Below the pieces are notes generated by a model. It saw only the letters and a list, made by a program, of their open reading frames with translations, did not search any database and was not told the DNA's origin. Positions 24,033 to 36,049 of a stretch of DNA of 64,000 nucleotides are shown piece after piece; positions within the stretch are counted from its first letter, which is position 1, and the number at the start of each line of letters is the position of its first letter. This DNA is from Octopus sinensis (Eukaryota), in assembly GCF_006345805.1 (NCBI RefSeq), contig NC_043004.1, positions 21,514,001-21,578,000 of the forward strand, in the 5' to 3' direction. The position numbers and the translations under genes were made by a program.

Positions 24033-24411
24033 AGCACTCCGTCGGTTACGACGATGAGGGTTCCGGTTGATCCGAATCAACGGAACAGCCTGCTCGTGAA
24101 ATTAACGTGTAAGTGGCTGAGCACTCCACAGACACGTGTACCCTTAACGTAGTTCTCGGGGATATTCAGCGTGACACAGAGAGTGACAAGGCCGGCCCTT
24201 TGAAATACAGGTACAACAGAAACAGGAAGTAAGAGTGAGAGAAAGTTGTGGTGAAAGAGTACAGCAGGGATCACCACCATCCCCTGCCGGAGCCTCGTGG
24301 AGCTTTAGGCGTTTTCGCTCAATAAACACTCACAACGCCCGGTCTGGGAATCGAAACCGCGATCCTATGACCGCGAGTCCGCTGCCCTAACCACTGGGCC
24401 ATTGCGCCTCC
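24029..24411 (-). mobile_element. tRNA-derived SINE, type C, young CpG-rich copy in a (TA)n tract
   Basis: GGAGGCGCAATGGCCCAGTGGTTAGGGCAGCGGACTCGCGG..GTTTCGATTCCC tRNA-Arg-like head; (TA)n on both sides. Confidence 0.92.
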
Positions 24412-25999
24412 ACATATATATATATATCTTTACATAATTAGCGATATTTTCTTATACTTATTAATGTACGAATATATGTGGATGTGTGCACATATATATA
24501 CATACATACACACAAAAACACACCGCTCTCATCTCACCAATTTCTAGTTTTAAGTAATTCACATTCTATGCATCAACTTATTTTGCAATCAAAAATATCT
24601 TTTACATTTTATGTTGTCTTTGTTGTTTGTGTTTGGCTTCTTTCAACATTATTCAGGAATGTTTACCCCTCAGGTTTAATCTCACATGTTTAAAGTTATC
24701 TTGCTTATCACATTTGATATGATAGCGTATGTTTCATAGTATGGTAGATTGGTTAATAATTAGGGTTTGATTCATGAGAATGGATAAGTAAGGAAGGAAT
24801 GGAATTTGAGGGAGTGCAGAGGAAGAATTGACTTGTTTGATAGAATGAATAATATATATCACTGAATATTGTAATTGATAAATGAATTATGGAATGAAGG
24901 AAGAATGATATGAATAAATAAATGAAGGAGAATAAGAAAAAATATCAAGAAAATGAAGGAAATTCAAAAGAATACAATGGGTAAAGATATTTTGGTGAAC
25001 ATCAAAGCATGGGAAAATAAAGGAAAAAAATCCAGGAAATGAGCAAAAATAATTGCATAAAAGTATTTATATTCCAAACTAATTTCTTTACAGTTAACAG
25101 AAACATTTGATATAGAAACTTATAAGAATGATGTGGAATAGTTTTATTTAAAGAAATCCTTGAAAACAAACATAAAAATAAGATTTTCTGAACAAAAACT
25201 CTTTGAATAAATTTAAGAAATAACAGAAGAAAAAAATTATATTAATCTAAACAAAAGTGAACTACACAGTTAAATGAAGGAAGAAACTTAGCAGAAAGAT
25301 AAAAATAGCCAAGCATTGAATGTATTGATAAAGGAAATCTGTAAAGAAAACTCAAAAAAATAACACCACCCAAAATCTGTGTGCAGAAAAATACGTTAAT
25401 CAAGTGTCTGCTTCATTTGAATTTTTCTTTGTGATAAATTTAAAACAATCAAGAAGAAATGATGCTAAAATAATGCTATGGTGCCTGCGTGTGATAAAAT
25501 AAAAATTGAAAATTACAAAATAATAATAAATGAATAAACCTTGCAAAAAGACAAATTATATGTAAAAATAAATATCAGTAAAAAAAAATTGTAAAGAGAA
25601 ATTTATTTAAATGTCTCTTGTATTGGGAATATTGCAGAGAAAATTTCTTGGTTGTAAATGAAGGATGAAAATAGAAAATATAAGATGGAATAGGTAACTT
25701 CCCTTTCTTGTACACACAAAGAAAGATGGCAAGAAAAGAATGGGAAAGCAAAGTACTGACAGCACCAAATAACATGATCTAAGAGCAGAAGAACATTGTC
25801 ATTGCCATCGTTGTCATCGTCATCGTTTTCATCATCATCATCACCACCAATAACAACAACTACTGCATATAGAGTATTAACAATACTACACCACAATGGA
25901 CAGAATCTTTAACTTAGTGTTGGATTTAAACTAGGTGAAGCCTTAAGCTGTACGATTCCTCAACTAAAAAAAAAAATAATAATAATAAAAAACTATGCC

Positions 26000-26280
26000 A
26001 GAGGGTTTAACAAATATTCTAAAAATGTATACTTCTAATCATTTTGAAGCTCCTCAACACAGATCTATTTCTATGTGCACATTCGATCTGCTAGAAATGG
26101 TGGTCAAACGTACTTTAATTACTGTCATCGTGAAACAGGAAAAAAATGGGGTCTACTTGTTTCAGAAAATCCTAGTGAATAACAGGATGGTCATGAGTGG
26201 AATATATTTGATCATAGGTTGTTCTGTGGCCGAATAACAATGGCACTCACTTGAACTACAAGAACATCATCAAAGACATT
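26000..26280 (+). mobile_element. Possible PIF/Harbinger transposase relic
   Basis: HIRSARNGGQTYFNY resembles KH(I/V)RI..P.N.GS.YFNYK; otherwise heavily degraded. Confidence 0.35.
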
Positions 26281-26289
26281 AACAAGGTC

Positions 26290-26555
26290 GTGACCTGGCA
26301 GAGTTGTTAATATGCCGGGCAAAATGATCTACAGCATTTCACCTGTTTTATGTTCAAAGTCCAAATTCTGCAGAGACTGACCTTGCCTTTCATCTATAGG
26401 TGCTAAGAAGCTTGCTTCCCAACTACATGACTCTGGGTTCAATCCCATTGTGTGGGACTTTGGCCAAGTGTCTTCTAATATAAGCTTGGGCCAACCAATG
26501 CCTTGCGAAATGATTTGGTAGATAGAAACTGAAAGAAGCCTGTTGTATACATATT

Positions 26556-26586
<31 letters not shown>

Positions 26587-26790
26587 TGTGAGCATGTGTG
26601 TGTTTGTCCCCCATCACTACTTGCCAACTGGTGTTGGTGTGTTTATGTCTCTGTAACTTAGCGGTTTGGCAAAAGGGACCAATAAAATAAGTACCAGACT
26701 TTAAAAAAATATGTACTGGGATTTATTCTTCAAGGCAGTGCCCCTGAATGACCACAGTCTAATGACTGAAACAAGTAAAAGATAAAAGAT
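26290..26790 (+). mobile_element. Type B SINE 5' part joined to a type A SINE
   Basis: B head and core to about 26398, then A head from GGTGCTAAGAAGCTTGCTTCCC through to the A tail. Confidence 0.8.
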
Positions 26791-26868
26791 AATATATGTA
26801 CTAACATTATCAACAAGAGTAACAACATCAAGAGTATCTGCAACAACAACAATGTTAACGATAAAAAT

Positions 26869-26896
<28 letters not shown>

Positions 26897-26901
<5 letters not shown>

Positions 26902-27480
26902 GCCCTGATGCAGTACCAGGCAGTGGCTCTCATGGCTTCTGATCTTAACTGATTGGAAGTGTTATCATGTACATTGTTTTGTCTTGGTATAAAAGATGGG
27001 CTACAGCAAATATTCTGCTCAATACCACAGATTTGCTTGTCAGTTGTTTGACCTTAACCAGTTGAGCATGTCCCTTAGTGGCTGACGATATGTGCATCTC
27101 TGATCACGAGCAGAAGTAGTGGGGGAGCATCATAGCCATGTGTTGAGAGGGATTCTTTGGGGTTTGAATAATTCACCTCTGGAAACATGGGTGGTTCTTT
27201 CAACATCCTTAAACAACCCTTATTCAGGGACCTTTTGAGCGGGATGGGCTACTCAACCTGAAGAAAATTCTAACTGGGCCCCACCTGCAAGGTCATGTGC
27301 TGTTTATCTTGATATGAGATCACCATGTCGTGCACATATGGTTGTGATGCATGTGCCTGGTGTACCCTTATCAGACGGGTAGTCATGATGGGTATATTGG
27401 GCTTCGTATATTTTACCCCAGTGTCACTTTGATGGCATGCACTGCTCTCTCACTCAAAAATAATAATAATAATAATAATA
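26897..27480 (+). mobile_element. Non-LTR 3' UTR family G with (TAA)n tail, within (TAA)n
   Basis: Near-identical sequence at 33380-33515 and 60296-60716; (TAA)n on both sides. Confidence 0.8.
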
Positions 27481-27719
27481 TCAATGACATCTAGAACAAC
27501 AACTATAACAATCACAACAATAATGCTATATTATCATTATCATCATCCGCAACAACAACAACAACAACAAGTACAACCACAACAGTAGCAACAACATTGT
27601 CTGTAGTAACAATAACTACAACTTAATCATTAATATCAGTAACATCAGTAAAGCAACAACCACATAGAGGAGGGAAAAGTGATGGTTTTGTAAAGATGTG
27701 GATGCAAAGCGGGAAGCTA

Positions 27720-28050
27720 TGTGCTGAGTGAAGGCATATGGATTGGTAGTGAGGGTATTTGGTCCATGATTTTAATGCCATGAGACGAATTCCTGGCAGT
27801 GTTCTGTGTCCTTGAGCAAGACACTTCATTCTATCATGCTCCAGCCTACTCAGCTGGCAAAAGATTGTTGTACTTGTTCAAATCAAAGAGCCAGCTTTGT
27901 CACATTCTGTGTCATGCTGAATCTCTTTGAGAACTCCATTAACGGTGTGTGCATCTGCGGAATGTTCAGCCACTTACACATTAATTTCACAAGAAGACTG
28001 TTCTGTTGATCAGATCAACTAGAAATTTTGTCATCATAACTGACAGAGTG
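27720..28050 (+). mobile_element. SINE (type E head with type C tail), degraded
   Basis: Same layout as 7208-7526. Confidence 0.78.
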
Positions 28051-28147
28051 CTATTTATCATTCTCTCCATCCATTTTGGAAGAGGTTCGTTTGTTGAAAC
28101 TGTCTAGAATGAGAAATTAAATGAGATCAGGCTACATTACTTTGATT

Positions 28148-28363
28148 TTACTCTTTTACTCTTTTACTTGTTTCAATTTACTTGACTGTGGCCATGCCAG
28201 AGCACTGCCTTTAGTCTCAGCAAACCGACCCCAGGACTTATTCTTTGTAAGCCTAGAACTTATTCTATCAGTCTCTTTTGCCGAACTGCTAAGTTACAGG
28301 GATGTAAGCACACCACCATCGGTTGTCAAGTGATGTTGAGGGACAAACACAAACACATAAACA

Positions 28364-28400
<37 letters not shown>

Positions 28401-28569
28401 GCATATATATGACGGGCTTTCAGTTTCCGTCTACCAAGTCCACTCGCAAGGCTTTGGTCGGCCCGAGGCAATAGTAGAAGACACTTGCCCAAGGTGCCAC
28501 GCAGTAGGAATGAACCTGGAAGCATGTTGTTGGTAAGCAAGCTACTTATCACACAGCCACTCCTACACC
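28148..28569 (-). mobile_element. Type A SINE
   Basis: Full head and tail homology. Confidence 0.9.
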
Positions 28570-28919
28570 TGTGATTCGAAAATTTTGAATTTACAATTTC
28601 TGGAAATTATGTGATCCTGCATTGAATCTATTAAAAAAATGGTTTAAAAGAATATTTTTAATTTATGCACAAAACCTGAAATATTAAGGATAGGAGTTAG
28701 TTGATACTTTGATATGATATGCAGACCATAAAACAGTAAATGAAAGAAGAACTCATTAAACAAATTAGAGGTACATATTCATTTTGTAGATATTTTGACA
28801 GTGACTTTGAAGATTCATCAAACGAAATGGCACTAGAACTTTTGGTAAAACTTCAAACAGTCAGTGTATTTACAAAGTACTATAAATATATACATATGTG
28901 TGTATATACATATATACAT

Positions 28920-28980
<61 letters not shown>

Positions 28981-29460
28981 CACACATATCTATATATATG
29001 CATATATATATTATATATATATACACATATATACATACATATATGTATATTACACATATACATAAAATGCAGGAGGTTTTATGTATATGTATTGTGAGAA
29101 TATGTTGCACATATTTTTATCTTTTATATTTTTTCATACCCTTTTATTCAACGTTTTTTTTATATAGTATTTATTGCCATTAATAGCTGATGAGAATGCA
29201 TCATAGTTCTTAGCTCCACCATTTGAAACTCTGAGTCCTATTATGGCAACTTACTGATTGTCTTAAACTATACATACCTGCATACATACACACACACACA
29301 TATATATACATACATACATATACATGTATATATACTTACATATATATATATATATATACATATATGCATATATATACATACATATACATACATACATATA
29401 TATACATACATATACATACATACATATATATATATACATACATATACATACATACATACA

Positions 29461-29878
29461 TATAATAAATATTAGGGAATAAATCCAAATTTACAGGGAA
29501 AAAATCAGATTTAGGATTAAATCCAATTTTATAGTAAAATATTATATAATATTATTAGAGACAAAACCACTATTTTGCAAAACAAAACCACTATTTTGCA
29601 AAACAAACAAGGAAAGACTTAATCAATACATAAAATTTTAATAAAAATATATAATATATATATATATACATACATATATATATATACATACATATACATA
29701 CATACATACATATAATAAATATTAGGGAATAAATCCAAATTTACAGGGAAAAAATCAGATTTAGGATTAAATCCAATTTTATAGTAAAATATTATATAAT
29801 ATTATTAGAGACAAAACCACTATTTTGCAAAACAAACAAGGAAAGACTTAATCAATACATAAAATTTTAATAAAAAAA
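29461..29878. repeat. Tandem duplication, period 250 bp, of an AT-rich module plus microsatellite
   Basis: TATAATAAATATTAGGGAATAAATCC.. starts at 29461 and 29711; copy 1 has an extra internal duplication of about 21 bp. Confidence 0.95.
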
Positions 29879-29921
29879 TATATATATATATATATATACA
29901 CATACATATATATATATATAT

Positions 29922-30090
29922 ATCATCATCATCATTCAACGTCTGTTTTCTATAGTTGCATGGCTTGGATGATCCGACAGGAGCTGGCCTGCCAGGGAGC
30001 TAGTCAACTCCAAATTATCTGTTGTGATATGGGTTCTACAGCAGGATGCCCTTTCTAATGCCAACCATTTGACAGAATGTGGTGGGTGCT
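29922..30090 (-). mobile_element. RTE family F 3' end, degraded
   Basis: Homology to the family F terminus. Confidence 0.75.
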
Positions 30091-30479
30091 TGATATATAT
30101 ATATATATATATATGTTATAATTTAGAATAAACAGTGAAAAGTTGTCATTATAGAACTTGGAGTTTCGAATGTTGGAGCAAAGTCTTTGGCTAATTAATG
30201 GCAACAGATGCTATGAAAAACTGCTGTGCATGTGTGTGTGTGGATATATGTGTATGTATAAGTACGTACATACACATATATGTTTGCAAGTGTGTATGCG
30301 CATGTACATATACATGTTTGTATGAGTGTGTATGTATGTAGACGTTATGAATGCAGGAGGTTTGTGTCAAAGTATTGTGAGAGTATGGTAGCATGTATTT
30401 TTTAATCTTTATCGTTTTTCTTTTTTACCTATTAGTGTAACCTCCCTTTTATTCAACGGTTTTTCATAGCATCCTTGCT

Positions 30480-30787
30480 TTTGTGGCTTTGAAATGGCTG
30501 ATAACACTCCATATTCTTCTGATTTGGTACCCCCTGACTATCATCTGCTCCCTAACATGAAAAAACACTTGGCTGGAGACCAGTGTTGCAGTGATGATGA
30601 TGATGTCATATCTGCTGTTGATGACTTTTTTTAATCAAGAGGATAAAAGTTCTTCACCAATAGATCCAAGCACTGCAACACCAATGAAAAATGTGCGTGG
30701 ATCGCAAAAGGGACTATGTTAAAAAACAAATCTCATTTGGTTTCATTCTATGGGAGTATCTTGGTCAGCCTATGAACTTTTCACTTG
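30480..30787 (+). mobile_element. Mariner 3' fragment with right TIR (same family as 11963-13003)
   Basis: PYSSDLVPPDYHLLPNMKKHLAG; TIR TCTTGGTCAGCCTATGAACTTTTCA. Confidence 0.88.
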
Positions 30788-31380
30788 TGTGAGTTCTTTT
30801 GTTTGTAACAAAAACATTTTGGAAATCTTATTTCCTACATGTTATTTCTCTCTTAATTGTTTGCTGGTGCTATGCATCACATGTAATTATCAGAACATAA
30901 GCCTCATATGCTTGTGCATCACACGTGATTCACATTCCAGTATTGAATAATGGCTATATTGTCTTGAAGATAGTAATTCTTTCCTGAGAGAATATATGTT
31001 TTATGGCATAATTTTAAATATTGTGCATTGTTATCCAAGCACAAAGCATATGACAGAAATTTAATGAAATTCAAAGGTTGAATATGAAAAATCTCCTTTT
31101 TCTATTTATTCAACGAATAAATTAACCTTCTAATAATGTAAGGTAAAATAAGCATTTTTATTGTGATATAAAATGTAAGCTTACGTAACATTAAAAAAAA
31201 TCCAACTAAACAATATCTTCTTTTGAAACTATATGATTAAACTTATTTATTTTTCAGATAAAAACTTAATTAGAAATGGTGAAACTAATGAGAACTATTG
31301 CAAAAAATATTTGTCAAAATTCAAACATTAATGCATACCGCTTGGAACCTTATTTTACTGATATATGGATAGCGTAGATG

Positions 31381-32150
31381 TTTGTGCTGGTATGGTCATG
31401 TGACGAGAATGGATGAAGATAGTTGTGTGAAAAAGTGCCACACCCTAGCGGTTGAGGGAACCTGTGGAAGAGATAGACCCAGGAAAACCTGGGACGAGGT
31501 GGTGAATCACGACCTTCGAACTTTAGGTCTCACTGAGGAAATAACTAGAGACCGAGACCTTTGGAAGTATGCTGTGTGTAAGAAGACCCGGCAGGACAAG
31601 TGAGGCCATAACCCGTGGCCTCAGTCCACTTTATGCATACCTTTCCTTCTTGGGACACAAAACTCTACTTGTGAAGACCTGTTGAAGCAAGTGAAAAACA
31701 AAAACAAAATCAAAATCAGAATCGATCAACATCAATGGAAATCGTAGCTGTGATACCAGTGCCGGTGGCACATAAGAGAACCATCTGAACGTGGCCATTG
31801 CCAGCGCCGCCCTGACTGCCTCTGCACCAGTGGCACGTAAAAAGCACCATCCAATCATGGCCGTTGCCAGCCTTGCCTGGCCTCCATGCCGGTGGCACGT
31901 AAAAAGCACCATCCAATCATGGCCGTTTGCCAGCCTCGTCTGGCACCTGTGCCGATGGCACGTAAAAAGCACCCATTACACTCATGGAATGGTTGGCATT
32001 AGGAAGGGCATCCAGCCGTAGAAACATTGCCAGATCAGACTGGGCCTGGTGCAGCCTTCTGGCTTCCCAGAACTCAGTTGAACCGTCCAACCCATGCCAG
32101 CATGGAAAGCGGACGCTAAACGATGATGATGATGATGATGATGATGATGA
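31381..32150 (+). mobile_element. RTE family F: ORF C-terminus, long 3' UTR, (GAT)n tail
   Basis: WYGHVTRMDEDSCVKKCHTLAVEGTCGRDRPRKTWDEVV; tandem units of about 63 bp in the UTR. Confidence 0.92.
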
Positions 32151-33379
32151 AAATTCCTGGATAGGGAAAGCATTTTATAATGATATTTGCATGCTTGGGA
32201 AAGGAGTTAACTACCATGCTTCTGCATACTCACCATATAGCCAAGTGAGCCTCTTGAACTTCACAATGGTGAGATGCTCATGTTTGGGAAACTTTTAGTC
32301 ATATCTGCTTAATCTGGACTGACTGTAACAAGAATACATTTTAGAATTGTTCTGCAATCTCTTTAAACAATATTTTTTCGATGTATTTACAAATACTTTT
32401 GTTATATATTGCCTCTACTTCAGTTTTTTGAATAATCAAATGTGAAGCCTAGTCTCAAGGAGATTTAGCTCATAACAAGATACACACACTATGCTTTATG
32501 GCTTAACTACTTTTCCCCTTGGTTTGTTAGAAAAATGCTCACTAATTCAAAAATTATTCTAATTTTTATGATAAAATCCTCATACTATTTAAATGCCAAT
32601 GTGTATATATACATGCATGTATGTTTCAGTTTTGCATCAAGGTGACTATAGTAACTATCCCAAAACTGTTTGCTAATAAAGGTAAACAACCTTAAATGTG
32701 TAGGAGACACCTGTGATTGAGTTTACATCGGTATTTTACTTGTACTTTCTTTATTCACACTGAGAAGGAAAAAAGCAAAAAGTATGATTTGAATCCAGAA
32801 CCTGGTTGTAGACTAGCAAATATAAAGTTATATATGATACTTTAGTATGTTTTGCACCAAATTATACTCGTTACTTTTTGAATAATTAAATCTAATGCAG
32901 AAATAGAGAAAATGCTTATTTTCCAATCGAATCTGTAGCACTTGAAATATTGATGAATCATAATTTTTCTGTTGGATCATTTATGGAAGTTGGTCTTTGT
33001 TATTCTTTCAATTATGAAATTGAAACAATAAAAATGAAAAATTAAAATAGAGAAAATGCATTTTAAAAATAACAGTATAATCAATAATATTTTCTTGTCT
33101 TTTATTTAAAAAAAATCTAAAAAAATCTAAAACATTAACCCAGTTTTCTACTGGGTATTTTTTTCTGTGACATTCATTCGAGAAATTATTTTTACATTTA
33201 TTTGTTTGAGATTATTTTCAATCTGTTCATTATCTTACTGAAAGGAAAATGAAACATTGATTGAAAAAAAACAACTAAAGTATTAATTAGTTACTATCTT
33301 TGTCTCATAATAATAATGATGATGATGCTGATGATGATGTTAATGTTAATAATAATAATAATAATAATAATAATTTTTG

Positions 33380-33515
33380 ACCATAACCAGTTGAGCATGT
33401 TCCTTAGTGGCTGACAATATGTGCATCTCTGATCACAAGCAGAAGTAGTGGGGGAGCCTCATAGCTATATGTTGAGAGGGATTCTTTGGGGTTTGAATAA
33501 TTCATTTGGACATTT
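33380..33515 (+). mobile_element. Family G fragment
   Basis: Matches 27050-27180. Confidence 0.85.
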
Positions 33516-33519
33516 CTTT

Positions 33520-34150
33520 CTGCCCTTCTGTTCTGTTTCTGTGGGTAGTGAAACCATAAGGGACCTGTTGAACCACAATCACGGCACCTTGGCCTTCTGC
33601 CTTCCATGTTCACCTTTAGTTCTACTCCATTCGAAAGGGAAACCGACTCTGGGACTTACTCTAACTTCTTTGGCTTCAAGTGGAGCAGAACCTCCAAGGT
33701 AGTCCAGCTCAATTCTCCCTCCTTGATCTTTTAACAGCCAGGAGATTCTGCCCGCTGTCCATACAAATACAGGCAAGAATTCACCATAAATCCAAGCCTG
33801 GTGGTACTTCAGGTATCGTAATTCATACCACCCTTCTTCCCATGTACATTAGAAAGGGCGATTTTCTCGGTGCAATGTTTGCAAGAGTTTCAATTGCACC
33901 ATGAGATGTATCTTATGTCACTGAAGTGATTGCAATTTCCTTTTGGGATGAAGAATTTTGTATGCATGGTACATCTTGTTTTGTCACATGGGCCATTTTT
34001 TTGTGCTCTTGGCATTGCTTCATTCTTTTGCTATATAATGTATGTGCTCTGTGGGTGGAATTATTCAATGAGAAGTTAAGTTGTTGATAGTGTGTGGGAT
34101 TGATTGTCACACAATTGAGAATATGTTTTGTGTTACTTGCATTGTTCATA
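33520..34150 (-). mobile_element. Degraded L1/Tx1-type ORF1 relic
   Basis: FLMYMGRRVV*ITIPEVPPGLDLW and MEGRRPRCRDCG align to LPLYLGCRTAKVTLEDIPTGYDVMW and VEGRRPRCFKCG of ORF1 at 54-55 kb. Confidence 0.75.
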
Positions 34151-35724
34151 AGTGTAGAGTATGTGTTGTGTATGTTAAATGATTGTGTTAAATATGTGTT
34201 GTGTGTTTTGTATTATAGAGTCTAGTGGTGATTGTCTTGATCTTGTGTTGTGTAGGAAGTTTACTGTATGAATTGTGTGTTGCCCACTTTTTCAATTTTC
34301 TCCTGCTTTCTGAGTGTTCTGTTTCATTAGTTTTATTTGCTTCTAAATATTTGTGTTGTTGGTTCTGGTCTGATAATCTTATTTCAGTCTCTGGAACTAA
34401 TTTGATGTTCATAGTTTTAGTTAACATGGCTACTTTTGTAGATTTGCTATACTGCACTAGATGCAAAGTCATTTGTATATCTTTACTAAATTCGAGGATT
34501 TTTCCAGTTGGTAGTTGTCGCTTGTACATATTTTCCAGTCATCCATACAGAGGAGGTGATTTACAGTCTGTACATATTAACCATTAGGTGTTTCAGCCAA
34601 CAGAAAATATAAGGATTTGCTCTGAAATATTCCTTCTCTTGTGGAAGTTGAGCTGGTTTTCATAGTTTTCTCTTTATAGTGTAGTACTATGTCTATTATC
34701 TGTTTTGACATAGCTCAGCTGACTGATGTATCATGTTAATATTGATTCCGTTTAATCCCTAACACTGTCTCCAAAATCCAAGATTGTGGTATACAATAGA
34801 ATGCTTTCAGCTCAGTAATCATCACCATTGTGATATTTGTTTTCTTTACACTTTTTTAAGTATCCTTCCAAGCTCTTTACATTCTTAGTTCAAATTCTAC
34901 AGGTGTCAACAATGCCTTTCATCACTCTTCGGTCAATATCATACCAGTCAAGTGTTGATGTCAAGGGCATTGACCATCTCACTTAAAATTGCTGTCCATG
35001 TGCCTAAATTAGAAATATTAATTTTGTAGCTGTTATTGTTATTGCAGTGATGCTGGCTGCATCATTGCTACTGTTGCAGATTTTGCTGTTGATTTGTCAG
35101 TCATTTTTTTGTTGATTTTGTTGGCCATTTCAAAAAGAAACCATTACAGTATAAAACATTGCATTTAATTCTCAGTTTGTAATATATTTTTCAAATATCA
35201 CACCAGATATACAAAATGCTGGGTATTTATGCTCTTTTACAAAATTTAAATTCTTTATAAATAAATAAATGACTTTTAATGTGCACAATATATATTATAC
35301 TTAAATATTCTACTTTACAAACCAATTAATTGATAACGATGTAGCTTCAACATATAAGAATTCTTTCACAAACTGTCTTAAAGATGCTGTTTATCATTCT
35401 CTATGCTATGATTATACAAGAAAACACAGGTTTAGAAACCTACAATGTATTTTTATGATATGGTTTCATATTATGTAATGATACTTCACTGAAATATCTA
35501 CGAAATGTAATCAATTATTGTCAGATTATTTTTTCACTTTCATTGAATTCATTATGGCTTAATCCATGGATTATAAAAACACGCACATATATGTTAACTT
35601 CAGGTTATAATTTTCGAGCAAGTTTGATAATATCAGCAGAATACTTACTCATGGGGGTCTCAATACTCACTTCAGAGTAACATTTCAAATGAAAGTTAAA
35701 TTACCAGTTACTAAGCATTATATA

Positions 35725-35725
35725 G

Positions 35726-35759
<34 letters not shown>

Positions 35760-36030
35760 AGCAGAGGGGGTTGTAAGGTGCATATGTATGTAAATATATG
35801 TGTGTGTATATGTACATGCATATATAAGTATGTGTATATATATCATATATACATATATATATATATGTATATGTATGCATATATGTAGATATATATATTA
35901 TATATACATTTATATATATGGATATGTATGTATATATATATGTATATATTATATATATATATATATTATATATATATATATATATACATATATATATACA
36001 TATATATATATATGTATATCTCTATATATA
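35725..36030. repeat. (TG)n and compound (TA)n microsatellites
   Basis: Direct sequence. Confidence 0.95.
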
Positions 36031-36049
36031 TAAAACTGAGAATGTGTGT

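Noticed and set aside
24335-24411. tRNA-Arg-like sequence as a tRNA gene
   Set aside because: No proper acceptor stem, and it continues into a 300-bp SINE body; the same applies to the other SINE heads.
31760-31975. Regularly spaced repeats as a CRISPR-like array
   Set aside because: Eukaryotic context, the spacers are mutually similar, and it lies in an RTE 3' UTR.
32235-32330. Minus-strand exon with a strong GTGAGT donor
   Set aside because: All frames from the good acceptors contain stops.
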